From: Betaproteobacteria bacterium
GTDB taxonomy: Bacteria; Pseudomonadota; Gammaproteobacteria; Burkholderiales; SG8-41
NCBI GenBank assembly: GCA_016202615.1
Contig: JACQOI010000216.1
Span: 1 to 44,657 of the forward strand
Length of the DNA: 44,657 nt
Reading direction: 5' to 3'
The notes beneath the pieces were generated by a model. It made no database searches. It was not told the DNA's origin and saw only the letters and a list, made by a program, of their open reading frames with translations. Shown here in pieces: positions 25,907 to 34,440 of the stretch. How positions within the stretch are numbered: the stretch's first letter is position 1; each line of letters starts with the position of its first letter. Position numbers and translations under genes: made by a program.

Positions 25907-26923
25907 TCAGACCCGGAACGCGTAATACGGACAGCGCGAGCAGCAACCCGGAGATTTCTTGACAAAACCTTTCCGGAACCGCTCGATGTCCTCCGACGCC
26001 CAGAGCTCCTTGAACGGGACCTTGAGCACGTTGCCGAAGTTGATCTTTTCCTGGTGCAGGATCATGCAACACGGCTTCAGGTCCCCCTCCACCGTTACCG
26101 CGGGCGAGATCCAGGGTGACGGGCATACCTCGGCGCTCGGCAGGAACGGTTCGGGCATGATCTTCAAGTTCGGGAACTCCTTCAACCACCGGGGCAGGTT
26201 GGTATTGAGACTTGCCGCTTCGCCGGCGTCGAGCACGCCGCTGCCGTAACCCATGTCGAAGAAAGGCTGCAGCCAGACGTTGAACCTGCCCAGCTGGCTG
26301 AGCCGTTCGAACAGGTCGGGGAGGCGCGGCAGGTTGCCCTTGCTCACGGTCACCCGCACGCCGATCCTGTCCGGGAAACGCTCCGAGAACTCCCGCAAAC
26401 GCGCTTCGAGCTTGGGGATATCGGTCTCGGCGCGCAGCTTGCCGATGAGCTTTTCGTCGAGCGTGTCGACCGATACGGTGAGGCCGTTCAGGCCGGCTTC
26501 GAACAGCCTGGCGTAGAAATCGACGGCGCGCACGAGGGCATTGGTGTTGATCTCGATCCGGTCGAATTTCCCCGATTGTTTTGCGATGCGGATCAACTCG
26601 GTGATTTTCGGGTGCATCGTCGATTCCCCGATGCCCTGCGGGATGAACAGCTTGGCGGGAGGCAGCGCTTCGACCACGGTGCGGAAGTTCTGTACCGACA
26701 TGTGCCGATTGGACCAGGCGTTTTCGTCGGTCATGATCGTGCGTACGCATCCTGAGCACTTGAGATTGCAATACGTAGTGACCTCGACGACCACCATGTT
26801 GAGCTTGCTCGGAACGTGATAATCGTCCCCGGACATTTTGCGCCAGATCTTGCGGGCGGTCGTGCGCAGACCTTGTTGCTTTACGCTCGCGAGCAAGGTT
26901 GAAACCGGATTCTTCTTCGCCAT
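25907..26923 (-). CDS. Radical SAM enzyme with C-terminal SPASM/twitch-like Cys-rich domain, 338 aa
   Basis: CxxxCxxC cluster motif TTYCNLKCSGC near the N-terminus. C-terminal CPSPWISPAVTVEGDLKPCC fits Cx9-15Gx4C, followed by CCSRCPYY close to the end (partial SPASM, i.e. twitch-like). ATG 26923-26921. Confidence 0.8.
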   Translation of the reverse strand: MAKKNPVSTLLASVKQQGLRTTARKIWRKMSGDDYHVPSKLNMVVVEVTTYCNLKCSGCVRTIMTDENAWSNRHMSVQNFRTVVEALPPAKLFIPQGIGESTMHPKITELIRIAKQSGKFDRIEINTNALVRAVDFYARLFEAGLNGLTVSVDTLDEKLIGKLRAETDIPKLEARLREFSERFPDRIGVRVTVSKGNLPRLPDLFERLSQLGRFNVWLQPFFDMGYGSGVLDAGEAASLNTNLPRWLKEFPNLKIMPEPFLPSAEVCPSPWISPAVTVEGDLKPCCMILHQEKINFGNVLKVPFKELWASEDIERFRKGFVKKSPGCCSRCPYYAFRV

Positions 26924-26943
26924 TCAAGTTTTTCCGTTGCCGG

Positions 26944-27558
26944 TCACTGCGGCTGCCGCCGGTTGTCGATCGTTCTTATCACCCGTGCCGGCGCGCCGGC
27001 TGCGACATGATAGTCCGGGATATCGCTCGTCACCACCGAGTTGGCCCCGATCACGCAGTTCCTCCCGATCGTGACGTTCGGCAGTATCGAGACATTGATG
27101 CCTATCCAGGTGCCGTCGCCAATGCTGACGGGGCCCGGCGAGAACATGTACTGGTCCTTGATCGGCAGTTCCCGGTTCGCATAACCATGGTAACAATCGC
27201 CAATGAAAACCCGGTCTGAGATCATCACGTCGTTGCCAATGCGTATGTCGTTCATGCAGGCGAACGTTGCGAACCGGCCGATGTAGCAATTGTCGCCGAT
27301 GGCGAAGTTGGGGGACATAACGACATCGGGGGCGTTTTTCTGGTAATTAACGGGCAGCATGCTGATCCAGCAGAATTCCGCGATGAAAACGTTGTCGCCT
27401 ATCGTCACGCACTCCGGATGGTTGATTTTTATGCCGCGCTTGAGAATGACGCCGCGGCCCTTGTGCTTCAGGGCCCGGCGCAGGGGCAGTGAGCGCAGTC
27501 GCTCCACCCACAGCTCCATGCGGTTGAGCAATTGAATCAAGGTCTGGGCTGACGGCAT
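26944..27558 (-). CDS. Left-handed beta-helix (hexapeptide-repeat) O-acetyltransferase, 204 aa
   Basis: Hexapeptide repeats IGDNVFI, IGDNCYI, IGNDVMI, IGDGTWIGINVSILPNVTIGRNCVIGANSVV. Resembles maltose/galactoside acetyltransferase. Confidence 0.85.
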   Translation of the reverse strand: MPSAQTLIQLLNRMELWVERLRSLPLRRALKHKGRGVILKRGIKINHPECVTIGDNVFIAEFCWISMLPVNYQKNAPDVVMSPNFAIGDNCYIGRFATFACMNDIRIGNDVMISDRVFIGDCYHGYANRELPIKDQYMFSPGPVSIGDGTWIGINVSILPNVTIGRNCVIGANSVVTSDIPDYHVAAGAPARVIRTIDNRRQPQ

Positions 27559-27577
27559 CGTCGAGGATGGCCGGCGG

Positions 27578-29278
27578 TTACGGCGCCCCCACGGCAGCCA
27601 TTATCGCCGATCCCGACCGCAATGAGGCGATCACCCCGCTGTATAACTGTTCCATCGCGCGGTTGTCGAACCGCTCGAGCACATGGACTAGATCGGTTGC
27701 GTTTCCTGCGGCGGGGAAGGCGAACGGCCGAAGGCCGCCCACGCGCGCCGGGGACATGCCGAAGACCACTGCCGGGATGCCGAGCATGACGGCCTCGAAC
27801 AGGCCGGTCGTAAGGCCGAAGATCACAAGATCGAACCGGGGCATCAGCTCGGTCGTGCGCCGGGAGGGATCGACTATCGTGAAATCGAGCCCCGACACCT
27901 GCCGGAGCCGCTCGATTTCGGCCGATTTTGTCGTCAGGCTTGCTTCGGTGCCGCTGTGGACCTTCGCATGTATGTTCCGCGATTGCACACCCACGCGCGC
28001 CAGCGCTTCGCAGACCTCCGCCAACTCGATGATCGAGCAGTCCTCGCGGCTTGCCTGCGAGGCCACGGCCCAATCGGAGACGAGGACCAGCACTCGCACA
28101 TCGCGCCAGGGCGCTGACAGGGGCCGAAACGGCCGCGGCGAGTGCCGGAACTGGGGGTGGACCACCGCGACCGCTTGCCATCCTCGCCGCCGGAAAGCCG
28201 CGGCCGAAGATTCATTCCAGGCGAGGATCCGGTCGGGCAGGAATGGTGACGCCATGTGTTCGCCGGAGAAATCCTCGAAGATCAGGCCGTGCGGCAGGTA
28301 ATCCACTGCGATCCCCAGCCGGTGCGCCGCGTGTGCGAGCACACGACAGGCGTCGAGGCGGTCGTGTATCATCACGACGCGCTTCACGCCGAGTGGCCGC
28401 AGCATCCCGATCAGCGCTTCTTCGGTGCGATCGAGGAAGCCGGCGGGAAAGTCGTCGTCGAACGCGCGCAGCAGGCAATCGACAATCCGGATCTCGTCGT
28501 CGGCGAAGTGCTGCCGCCATGCCGCGCATCGTGCAAATCTCAGCGGCGCATCATCGAGCTCGATGGGCCGGTCGAGGAATGCAGTCGAACCGCGCAGCCC
28601 GAGCAGCTCACCTGCCTTTTCGAGGAGGCGGCCGGAAATGTTCAACGCCTTGATGAAACTGAGCCAGAAGATCCGCCTGTCCTTCAGGTCAATGTTCCAG
28701 TAGGACTGCACGAGAAAATCGCGCTTTCCGGAGAACGCTGCCGTGAGGCGCCAACGCAGCGCGCGCAATTTCCGTGGATCGAGCTTGCGCGGCAGCCCGT
28801 AAGTCCGCACGAGATACACGTGTGCCGAGGTTGCGTCGAGGCTTCCCGTCGCGACTTCGAGGCGTATGCCGGACTCGGCAGCGACCGCCCGGCACGCATG
28901 GACGAGGTCGCGGTCCGCGCCTGAAGAAAGATGGATCGCATCGGGCTCGATCCGCCGCACGAGATTCCTCAGGCAGCGCTTGACCCACAAATAGCGCGAC
29001 AGGCGATAGACGATGAGGAGGTAGGCGGCCGGCGCCCATCGCGAGTCGGAATGTTCCCGCGCTTCGGTGTGCAGGCAATGATCGAGGTCGCGGTAGAGTG
29101 TCGTGTCGAGCGCCTCGCCCACCTGTTCGCCGGGCGCGAAGTCGGAAAACCGCCAGCTGGCGATATTCCTCCGCGCCAGGCCGAGGTGCCGGATCGGGCT
29201 GAGGCACACGATCGCCTGGAACTCGTCCAGCGCGCCGAAATACTCGCCGCAAAGAAGTATTACTGCGTTTCGCTTCAT
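27578..29278 (-). CDS. Orphan 566-aa protein, GT-B-like C-terminal half; function unknown (candidate glycosyl/nonulosonate transferase)
   Basis: The track start at 29326 is a TTG. Trimmed to the ATG at 29278-29276 (MKRNAVILLCGEYFG). The C-terminus (RVLVLVSDW..., TELMPRFDLVIFGLTTGLFEAVMLGIPAVVFG) has Rossmann-like strand-helix periodicity typical of GT-B donor domains. No family recognised by eye. Confidence 0.4.
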   Translation of the reverse strand: MKRNAVILLCGEYFGALDEFQAIVCLSPIRHLGLARRNIASWRFSDFAPGEQVGEALDTTLYRDLDHCLHTEAREHSDSRWAPAAYLLIVYRLSRYLWVKRCLRNLVRRIEPDAIHLSSGADRDLVHACRAVAAESGIRLEVATGSLDATSAHVYLVRTYGLPRKLDPRKLRALRWRLTAAFSGKRDFLVQSYWNIDLKDRRIFWLSFIKALNISGRLLEKAGELLGLRGSTAFLDRPIELDDAPLRFARCAAWRQHFADDEIRIVDCLLRAFDDDFPAGFLDRTEEALIGMLRPLGVKRVVMIHDRLDACRVLAHAAHRLGIAVDYLPHGLIFEDFSGEHMASPFLPDRILAWNESSAAAFRRRGWQAVAVVHPQFRHSPRPFRPLSAPWRDVRVLVLVSDWAVASQASREDCSIIELAEVCEALARVGVQSRNIHAKVHSGTEASLTTKSAEIERLRQVSGLDFTIVDPSRRTTELMPRFDLVIFGLTTGLFEAVMLGIPAVVFGMSPARVGGLRPFAFPAAGNATDLVHVLERFDNRAMEQLYSGVIASLRSGSAIMAAVGAP

Positions 29279-29485
29279 TTCCGGCGCCCCCGAATCAACC
29301 GCCCGGCCGCTCGCCGCGGCCGCCAAAGTCCTGCTGCCGTCACAAAACCGGCGGCGTCAGGAGCGAAGAACAGCAGCGACGTTTGGAACGGCCATAGGAT
29401 AGCAGCGATTACCTGCGCGGATACTTTCCGGGATCGCCTCGATGAAATTCAGCCGCGCTTTGTTATCGAATTTGCGCGCGCGAAC

Positions 29486-31444
29486 TCATAGTCCGGTCAG
29501 AAGCTCTATTCTGTTTGCCTCGGATAGGCTCGCGGGGGGCTTCCGGTTTTCCATTACGATGCTTCTCAATGAAATCACTTTCTTACTCGGAACCGGCTTT
29601 TTACTTAGAATGCTTCGCCGATAATCTTCGCCGATCCGCTTTACCTTCTGCTTGGGAGATATGAACCTGTAATAACTGAAGGCTTCCCTCCTCTTGTACA
29701 GCAATATGACATAGTACTCGAGCAGCAATAGCAACTTGATTATGGGATACAGTAAAATCCGCGGAACCCTGGCGGCGAGGGGCGAAGGGATGATTTTTCG
29801 CTGAATGAAGAGCGAGGCAAACGGATAAAACGACGTCTTCCATTTTCGCGTTTTTATCTTTCTGATGATGATGTCTCTTATGCTTTCGTTCCCAAAGACC
29901 GGGGTTGGTTTAAAAATGATGCTTTCTACTTCGTGCGCGGCATAGGCTGAAGTTTGTGCGCCGTTATTTCTTCTGCCGGTTTCCTTGAGATAATATCTCA
30001 TCGCCTCCAGTTGCGCCAACAAATCCCAAAATAGTAATTCACTGACGGGGGCGCCGTTCAAGTTCACGTAGGATAATTTGTAGCTGGGAGCCGTGAATAC
30101 GTTTTCCAGGTAATCTTCTTCGTCGTCGACGGTGCTCCCGATTACACCGACTTGCTGACCATATTCGTAAAGCGGGGTCCCGGGAAACGGGATCGCGTAC
30201 ATCAAATCCTTGCCCTCGGCAGGATGAGAGTGGGTGGCAAGCGCGATTTCAGCCATCAATTTGCCCGTCTCTTTGGCGGTTTCTTCCGTTTCGCCGGGCA
30301 TGCCGAACAGGATGGCTAACGGGGAAAATATCTTGCGGTCCCTGCACCATTTCACGGCGTTTATCACCTGTTCCCGCTTGAATTTCTTCTCCATCAGATC
30401 AAGAATATCTTGGCTGCCCGACTCGATGCCGAATTTCAACGCAACACAGTTATTGTCCGCATAAAATTTGATCGATTCGGGCGTAACAGTGTCGCACCTG
30501 ACCCCGGTGGCGGCCCACAGCATATCGTGCTTTTTCATGATTGCCGCGAACTCGAATGCCTGTTTCTTGTCCGAACCGAAATTTTCGTCCGAAACCGATA
30601 TGAACCCGACGTCGTGATTGTTTTTCAGATACAAAACATGCTCTTCGAGTTCCGGCACATTCCCGGCACGAAACCCTTTGGTCGGGCGTTGACAAAAGGT
30701 GCATCGGGCCACGCAACCTTTATTGACCATCAGCATTGCTATATTCGGTTTTCTTCCGCTTTCGTGCGCCCGGGGATCATGGTTGAACCAATGCGATTCA
30801 CGAGCCGGCCTGAAATAATTTTTCAGTAACTCAGGTTGATCTTGTAACCCTTTCTTGAGCAAATCGTAATCGGGCACCAAAGACATGTCCGATGCGGGCA
30901 GTTTCTCGCCAAATCCGGTAAACGAGAATTCACCTGCCGCATTGAGGAATGCCAAGCCTTTGATGTCGCCAAGAACACCGGGATCGATGGTTCTGCCGTG
31001 TTTTTTCGTGTAGTCCAGCAATTTGACCCACGCAATTTCGCCGTCACCCGCCACGCAAATGTCAACGTCGGTTTTCTTGAGTACGATATTTGCCGATGCA
31101 GCCAGATTCCCTCCCAAAACCATCATGGTGTCCGGGCAGGCGCTCCTGATGATGCGCGCATATTTTTTGACCCGGCCGTAAGTTCCCGATGTAACGGCGC
31201 TGAGCCCTACGATGTCGGGTTTGCTGCTCTGAAAATACGCACGAATTTCGTCGTCTGACGGAAGCAGCATGTCCATGTCGTAAAAATCGAGTTCATCCCG
31301 CTTATAGCCGTTTTTCCACATCCATTGCGCCAGCGCGGTAATTCCAAACTTGGGCAAAACCGGAAGGTTTCCCAGCCCTCGCACCTTGTTTGTGAGGTCA
31401 AAATGCACCGGTTCCCCGGGTACGCTGCACAACACAATCTTCAT
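29486..31444 (-). CDS. B12-binding-domain radical SAM enzyme (class B), with ~130-aa hydrophobic/basic C-terminal extension, 652 aa
   Basis: ATG 31444 is preceded by AAGGAG (31455-31450, 5-nt spacer). B12-type segment PDIVGLSAVTSGTY...MMVLGGNLA. Cluster motif NKGCVARCTFCQR; GMPGETEET. Paralog of the 31638-33638 product. Lower G+C than the island (27-32 per 60 nt in four hand-counted lines). Confidence 0.85.
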   Translation of the reverse strand: MKIVLCSVPGEPVHFDLTNKVRGLGNLPVLPKFGITALAQWMWKNGYKRDELDFYDMDMLLPSDDEIRAYFQSSKPDIVGLSAVTSGTYGRVKKYARIIRSACPDTMMVLGGNLAASANIVLKKTDVDICVAGDGEIAWVKLLDYTKKHGRTIDPGVLGDIKGLAFLNAAGEFSFTGFGEKLPASDMSLVPDYDLLKKGLQDQPELLKNYFRPARESHWFNHDPRAHESGRKPNIAMLMVNKGCVARCTFCQRPTKGFRAGNVPELEEHVLYLKNNHDVGFISVSDENFGSDKKQAFEFAAIMKKHDMLWAATGVRCDTVTPESIKFYADNNCVALKFGIESGSQDILDLMEKKFKREQVINAVKWCRDRKIFSPLAILFGMPGETEETAKETGKLMAEIALATHSHPAEGKDLMYAIPFPGTPLYEYGQQVGVIGSTVDDEEDYLENVFTAPSYKLSYVNLNGAPVSELLFWDLLAQLEAMRYYLKETGRRNNGAQTSAYAAHEVESIIFKPTPVFGNESIRDIIIRKIKTRKWKTSFYPFASLFIQRKIIPSPLAARVPRILLYPIIKLLLLLEYYVILLYKRREAFSYYRFISPKQKVKRIGEDYRRSILSKKPVPSKKVISLRSIVMENRKPPASLSEANRIELLTGL

Positions 31445-31637
31445 TGCAACTCCTTAATTTTACGGCAGATTCATGCTATTTCCGAGTAATTTAGTCAGAT
31501 ATTAGCATACCCTCTGACGTTCAGGTAGGCGTATGTGCATGACAAACCTCGCCGCCCCTTGCCCCAAACTGACCGAGATGATAATCCATCTCATTAAAGA
31601 ATGCATGGTTGGCGAGATTTTGGTTTAGACTTAGTCT
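31445..31637. promoter_or_regulatory. AT-rich divergent promoter region between the two paralogous B12-radical SAM genes
   Basis: 193-bp gap between divergent genes. On the minus strand there is an extended -10-like TGCTAATAT (31507-31499), about 55 nt upstream of ATG 31444. On the plus strand there is a weak TTGCCC (31559-31564) followed by TGATAATCC (31579-31587). All of these are candidates only. Confidence 0.35.
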
Positions 31638-33638
31638 ATGCGTATCTCTCTTCTGACCGTACCGGTCGAGACGAATTACATGGATTTCCTTCCCGAGGTC
31701 CGCGCGGAAACCGACATCCTGGTTCCATCGACGCGTTCCGAAGGCCAGCTGCCGGTGATACCCAAGATCGCCATCGTCAGCCTCATCAAATGGATGGAGC
31801 GCCACGGCTACACACGGGATCAGTACGATTACTACGACGTGGACATGCTCCTGCCCTCGGACAAGGAGTTGCTTGACTATTTCAAGAGCTACAACCCGAC
31901 TATCATTGGCCTGAGCGCGGTGGTCTCAACCTGCTACGCCCAAGTCAAACGGATCTCGAGGCTTCTTCGCCAAGCCTGCCCGGACGCCTGGATCGTGTTG
32001 GGCGGTAGTCTTACCGCGTCCTCCAATTTGATCCTGCGCAAGACGGAAGTGGACATTTGCGTGGTCGGCGACGGCGAGATCGCCTGGGTCGATTTCCTCG
32101 ATTACGTGAAGGCCCGCGGCCGCAAGAAGGACTTCAACGCGCTGGGCAATATCACGGGCCTTGCTTTCCTCGACGATGCGGGCGAGCTGCGCTTCACCGG
32201 TTATGGAAAGCAGATTCCCGCCGAACTCAACCCCTTTCCCGACTACGACATCCTCAAGGCGGGGCTTAGGACCCGTCCGCAGGAATTTGCGAATTACTTC
32301 CGCCCCGGTCTGGGATCAACGCACTTCCTGACCGATCCCCGTTCCCTTGAGCCACATCGTCGACCGATGCTCGCCCAGTTGTGGAGTTCCAAGGGCTGCG
32401 TCGCTCGCTGCACCTTCTGCCAGCGTTCCACCAAGGGTTACCGCGTCCTGGGCGTGGATTCGTTGGACGACCATTTGAAGATGCTCGCGAAGCGCTTCAA
32501 CGTCGGCTATATCCACATCCTGGATGAAAATTTTTCCTCCGACAGGGAATATGCCTACGAGCTTGCCCGAACCATGAAAAGGCATGACATGCTGTGGATG
32601 GCCAGCGGCGTTCGCGTCTCCTCGGTCGATTACGACGATATCAAATTCTACAAGGAGCATGGCTGCGTTAGCCTCAAATTCGGCGTCGAATCCGGCAGCC
32701 AGAAAATCATGGACGTGATGGAGAAGAAGTTCACGGTCGAGCGTGTTTTTCAGACTCTTAAACACTGCGCGGATCTGGATGTTTACTCCCCGCTTGCGGT
32801 CATGGTCGGTATGCCCGGCGAGACTTGTGAGACCGCGGCCGAAACTGGCCGCTTTCTCGGGCGCATTGCGCACATGCAAGGTGTTGATCCACAATGGCTC
32901 GGCCTTTCCTGTTTCTACGCACTGCCGCTGACTGGCACTCCGTTATATGTCTACGGCCAACAGGCCGGTGTTATCGGCAAGACCCCGGAGAAGGAGGAGG
33001 ATTACCTGCTCTCTGTCTCCGGTAGCGGGGCCAGCAAAATCAACTACGTCAATCTTAACGGTGCGAACGTCCGCGATGTGGTCTGGTGGGACTGGCTGGT
33101 CAAGCTCGAGGCCCAACGCACTTTCTTTGATCTCGTGAAAAAAACGCCCTTGGGCGAGCCTGGCCACATGCAGAGAGTCCTCGTCAGCGATAGGGAACGC
33201 GAGATAGTGGGCCGTGCGCTGACTCTTCGCAAGATTCTGGACAGCGTCAAGAATTGCAATCTACGCGTGGTCAAGGCCAAGATCTTCTACTGGGTTGAGG
33301 ATGTGCTCATGGAACGCGTTGTAGTCCCGAGCAGGCTTGTTGCGAGTCTCCCGCGCTGGCTCATCTATCCTCTCTTCAAGAATCTGGTCTATGTCAACTT
33401 TTTGGTACAGGGGTATGCTTTGCGCGCGTTCGGCAAGTCCTTCAGCCTGTGGAAGAAGTGGCCAGCCGTCGAGCCCGTACGTGAGGCGCAGAAAGTCCAT
33501 GCGCGCGAAGTGCAGAGAGTTAACGTGAAACTCAACATTCAAAGATCTCTGCGGAGGGTGGTGCGTGAGCGCACCCGAGAACATCCGCCCGCCTCGCAAA
33601 CCGAAGCAAACCAGGACATTCTCTCCATCGGTCTCTGA
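31638..33638 (+). CDS. B12-binding-domain radical SAM enzyme (class B), paralog of 29486-31444, 666 aa
   Basis: Colinear with the minus-strand paralog from Met1: PTIIGLSAVVSTCY...WIVLGGSLT, an identical SKGCVARCTFCQR motif, GMPGETCET, and a shared C-terminal PPAS..EAN...L..GL ending. Confidence 0.85.
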   Translation: MRISLLTVPVETNYMDFLPEVRAETDILVPSTRSEGQLPVIPKIAIVSLIKWMERHGYTRDQYDYYDVDMLLPSDKELLDYFKSYNPTIIGLSAVVSTCYAQVKRISRLLRQACPDAWIVLGGSLTASSNLILRKTEVDICVVGDGEIAWVDFLDYVKARGRKKDFNALGNITGLAFLDDAGELRFTGYGKQIPAELNPFPDYDILKAGLRTRPQEFANYFRPGLGSTHFLTDPRSLEPHRRPMLAQLWSSKGCVARCTFCQRSTKGYRVLGVDSLDDHLKMLAKRFNVGYIHILDENFSSDREYAYELARTMKRHDMLWMASGVRVSSVDYDDIKFYKEHGCVSLKFGVESGSQKIMDVMEKKFTVERVFQTLKHCADLDVYSPLAVMVGMPGETCETAAETGRFLGRIAHMQGVDPQWLGLSCFYALPLTGTPLYVYGQQAGVIGKTPEKEEDYLLSVSGSGASKINYVNLNGANVRDVVWWDWLVKLEAQRTFFDLVKKTPLGEPGHMQRVLVSDREREIVGRALTLRKILDSVKNCNLRVVKAKIFYWVEDVLMERVVVPSRLVASLPRWLIYPLFKNLVYVNFLVQGYALRAFGKSFSLWKKWPAVEPVREAQKVHAREVQRVNVKLNIQRSLRRVVRERTREHPPASQTEANQDILSIGL

Positions 33639-33657
33639 AGCGCGGCAGATAGTCGTT

Positions 33658-34440
33658 CTACAAGGTGAAGCCGTCGTCTACTACGATGTTCTGCCCGGTC
33701 ACGAAAGCCGACCAATCCGACAGCAGGTAAATCAAGGTGCCGCTGATGTCGGTGCGGTCCAGCATGCCCTTGGTCTGGCAATGCCGCCGGTAGTTCTCGA
33801 GGAAAACGGCGGGCTGCCCGTCTTCAATGCCGCCCGGGCTGACGGAGTTTACGCGCACGCCGGTCCCCTTGAGCAGCTTCGCCAGATAGCGCGTCAACTG
33901 GATAATCCCGGCCTTGATCACCGCGTACTCGACCGGCATTGTCATGCTCGTGCCCTCATAGATTTCGAAGCGTGGCGCTATCACGCCGTAGATCGAAGCG
34001 ATGTTGACGATGCTGCCGCCGCCGGTCCGCGACATGGCCTTGGAAAACCGCTGGCAGGTGAGGAAGTAGCCGCCAAGATGAGCGTCGATGTTGGCGCAGA
34101 AATCGCCGTACTCGACATCGAAAAACTGGCGCCCGTGGTTGGGAGCGTAATTGGGAGTGCGAGGATACGCCGCATTCACGAGGCCGTCGATGCGTCCATA
34201 TCGCTTGATGGTCTCACCGACCAGGGCCTCCACGCTTTCCGGCTGGGTAATATCGACCGCGTATGCTGTCGATTTGCTTTTGGGGGCCAGCTTCAGCAAG
34301 TCGGCTAGCGCTGCTTCCGCCGAAGCAAGCGCGACGTCTGCAAGGATCGCAGTGCCCCGCTGCAATGCGATGGCCTTGGCGAACTCCCTGCCCAGCAGAC
34401 CGGCCCCGCCGGTTACGACGATGACCTTGGCTTCAAGCAT
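33658..34440 (-). CDS. Short-chain dehydrogenase/reductase (PtmA-like, as found beside CMP-nonulosonate synthetase genes), 260 aa
   Basis: MLEAKVIVVTGGAGLLGREFA Rossmann motif, NIASIYG and YAVIKAG (YxxxK). The track start is the GTG at 34449; I prefer the ATG at 34440, which overlaps the upstream gene by 8 nt. Confidence 0.8.
   Translation of the reverse strand: MLEAKVIVVTGGAGLLGREFAKAIALQRGTAILADVALASAEAALADLLKLAPKSKSTAYAVDITQPESVEALVGETIKRYGRIDGLVNAAYPRTPNYAPNHGRQFFDVEYGDFCANIDAHLGGYFLTCQRFSKAMSRTGGGSIVNIASIYGVIAPRFEIYEGTSMTMPVEYAVIKAGIIQLTRYLAKLLKGTGVRVNSVSPGGIEDGQPAVFLENYRRHCQTKGMLDRTDISGTLIYLLSDWSAFVTGQNIVVDDGFTL

Noticed and set aside
25845-26927. 360-aa minus-strand ORF overlapping the SPASM radical SAM gene in another frame.
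   Set aside because: The translation is extremely Arg/Pro/His-rich with no motif. The alternative frame (25907-26923) carries the CxxxCxxC and SPASM-like motifs and fits the neighbouring gene spacing.
25907-33638. Interpretation of the radical SAM genes as a RiPP (peptide natural product) cluster.
   Set aside because: There is no credible precursor gene apart from a chance-level 31-codon ORF. There is no RRE/PqqD-like domain, peptidase or exporter, and every neighbour is a carbohydrate enzyme. The idea is kept only as a low-priority alternative.
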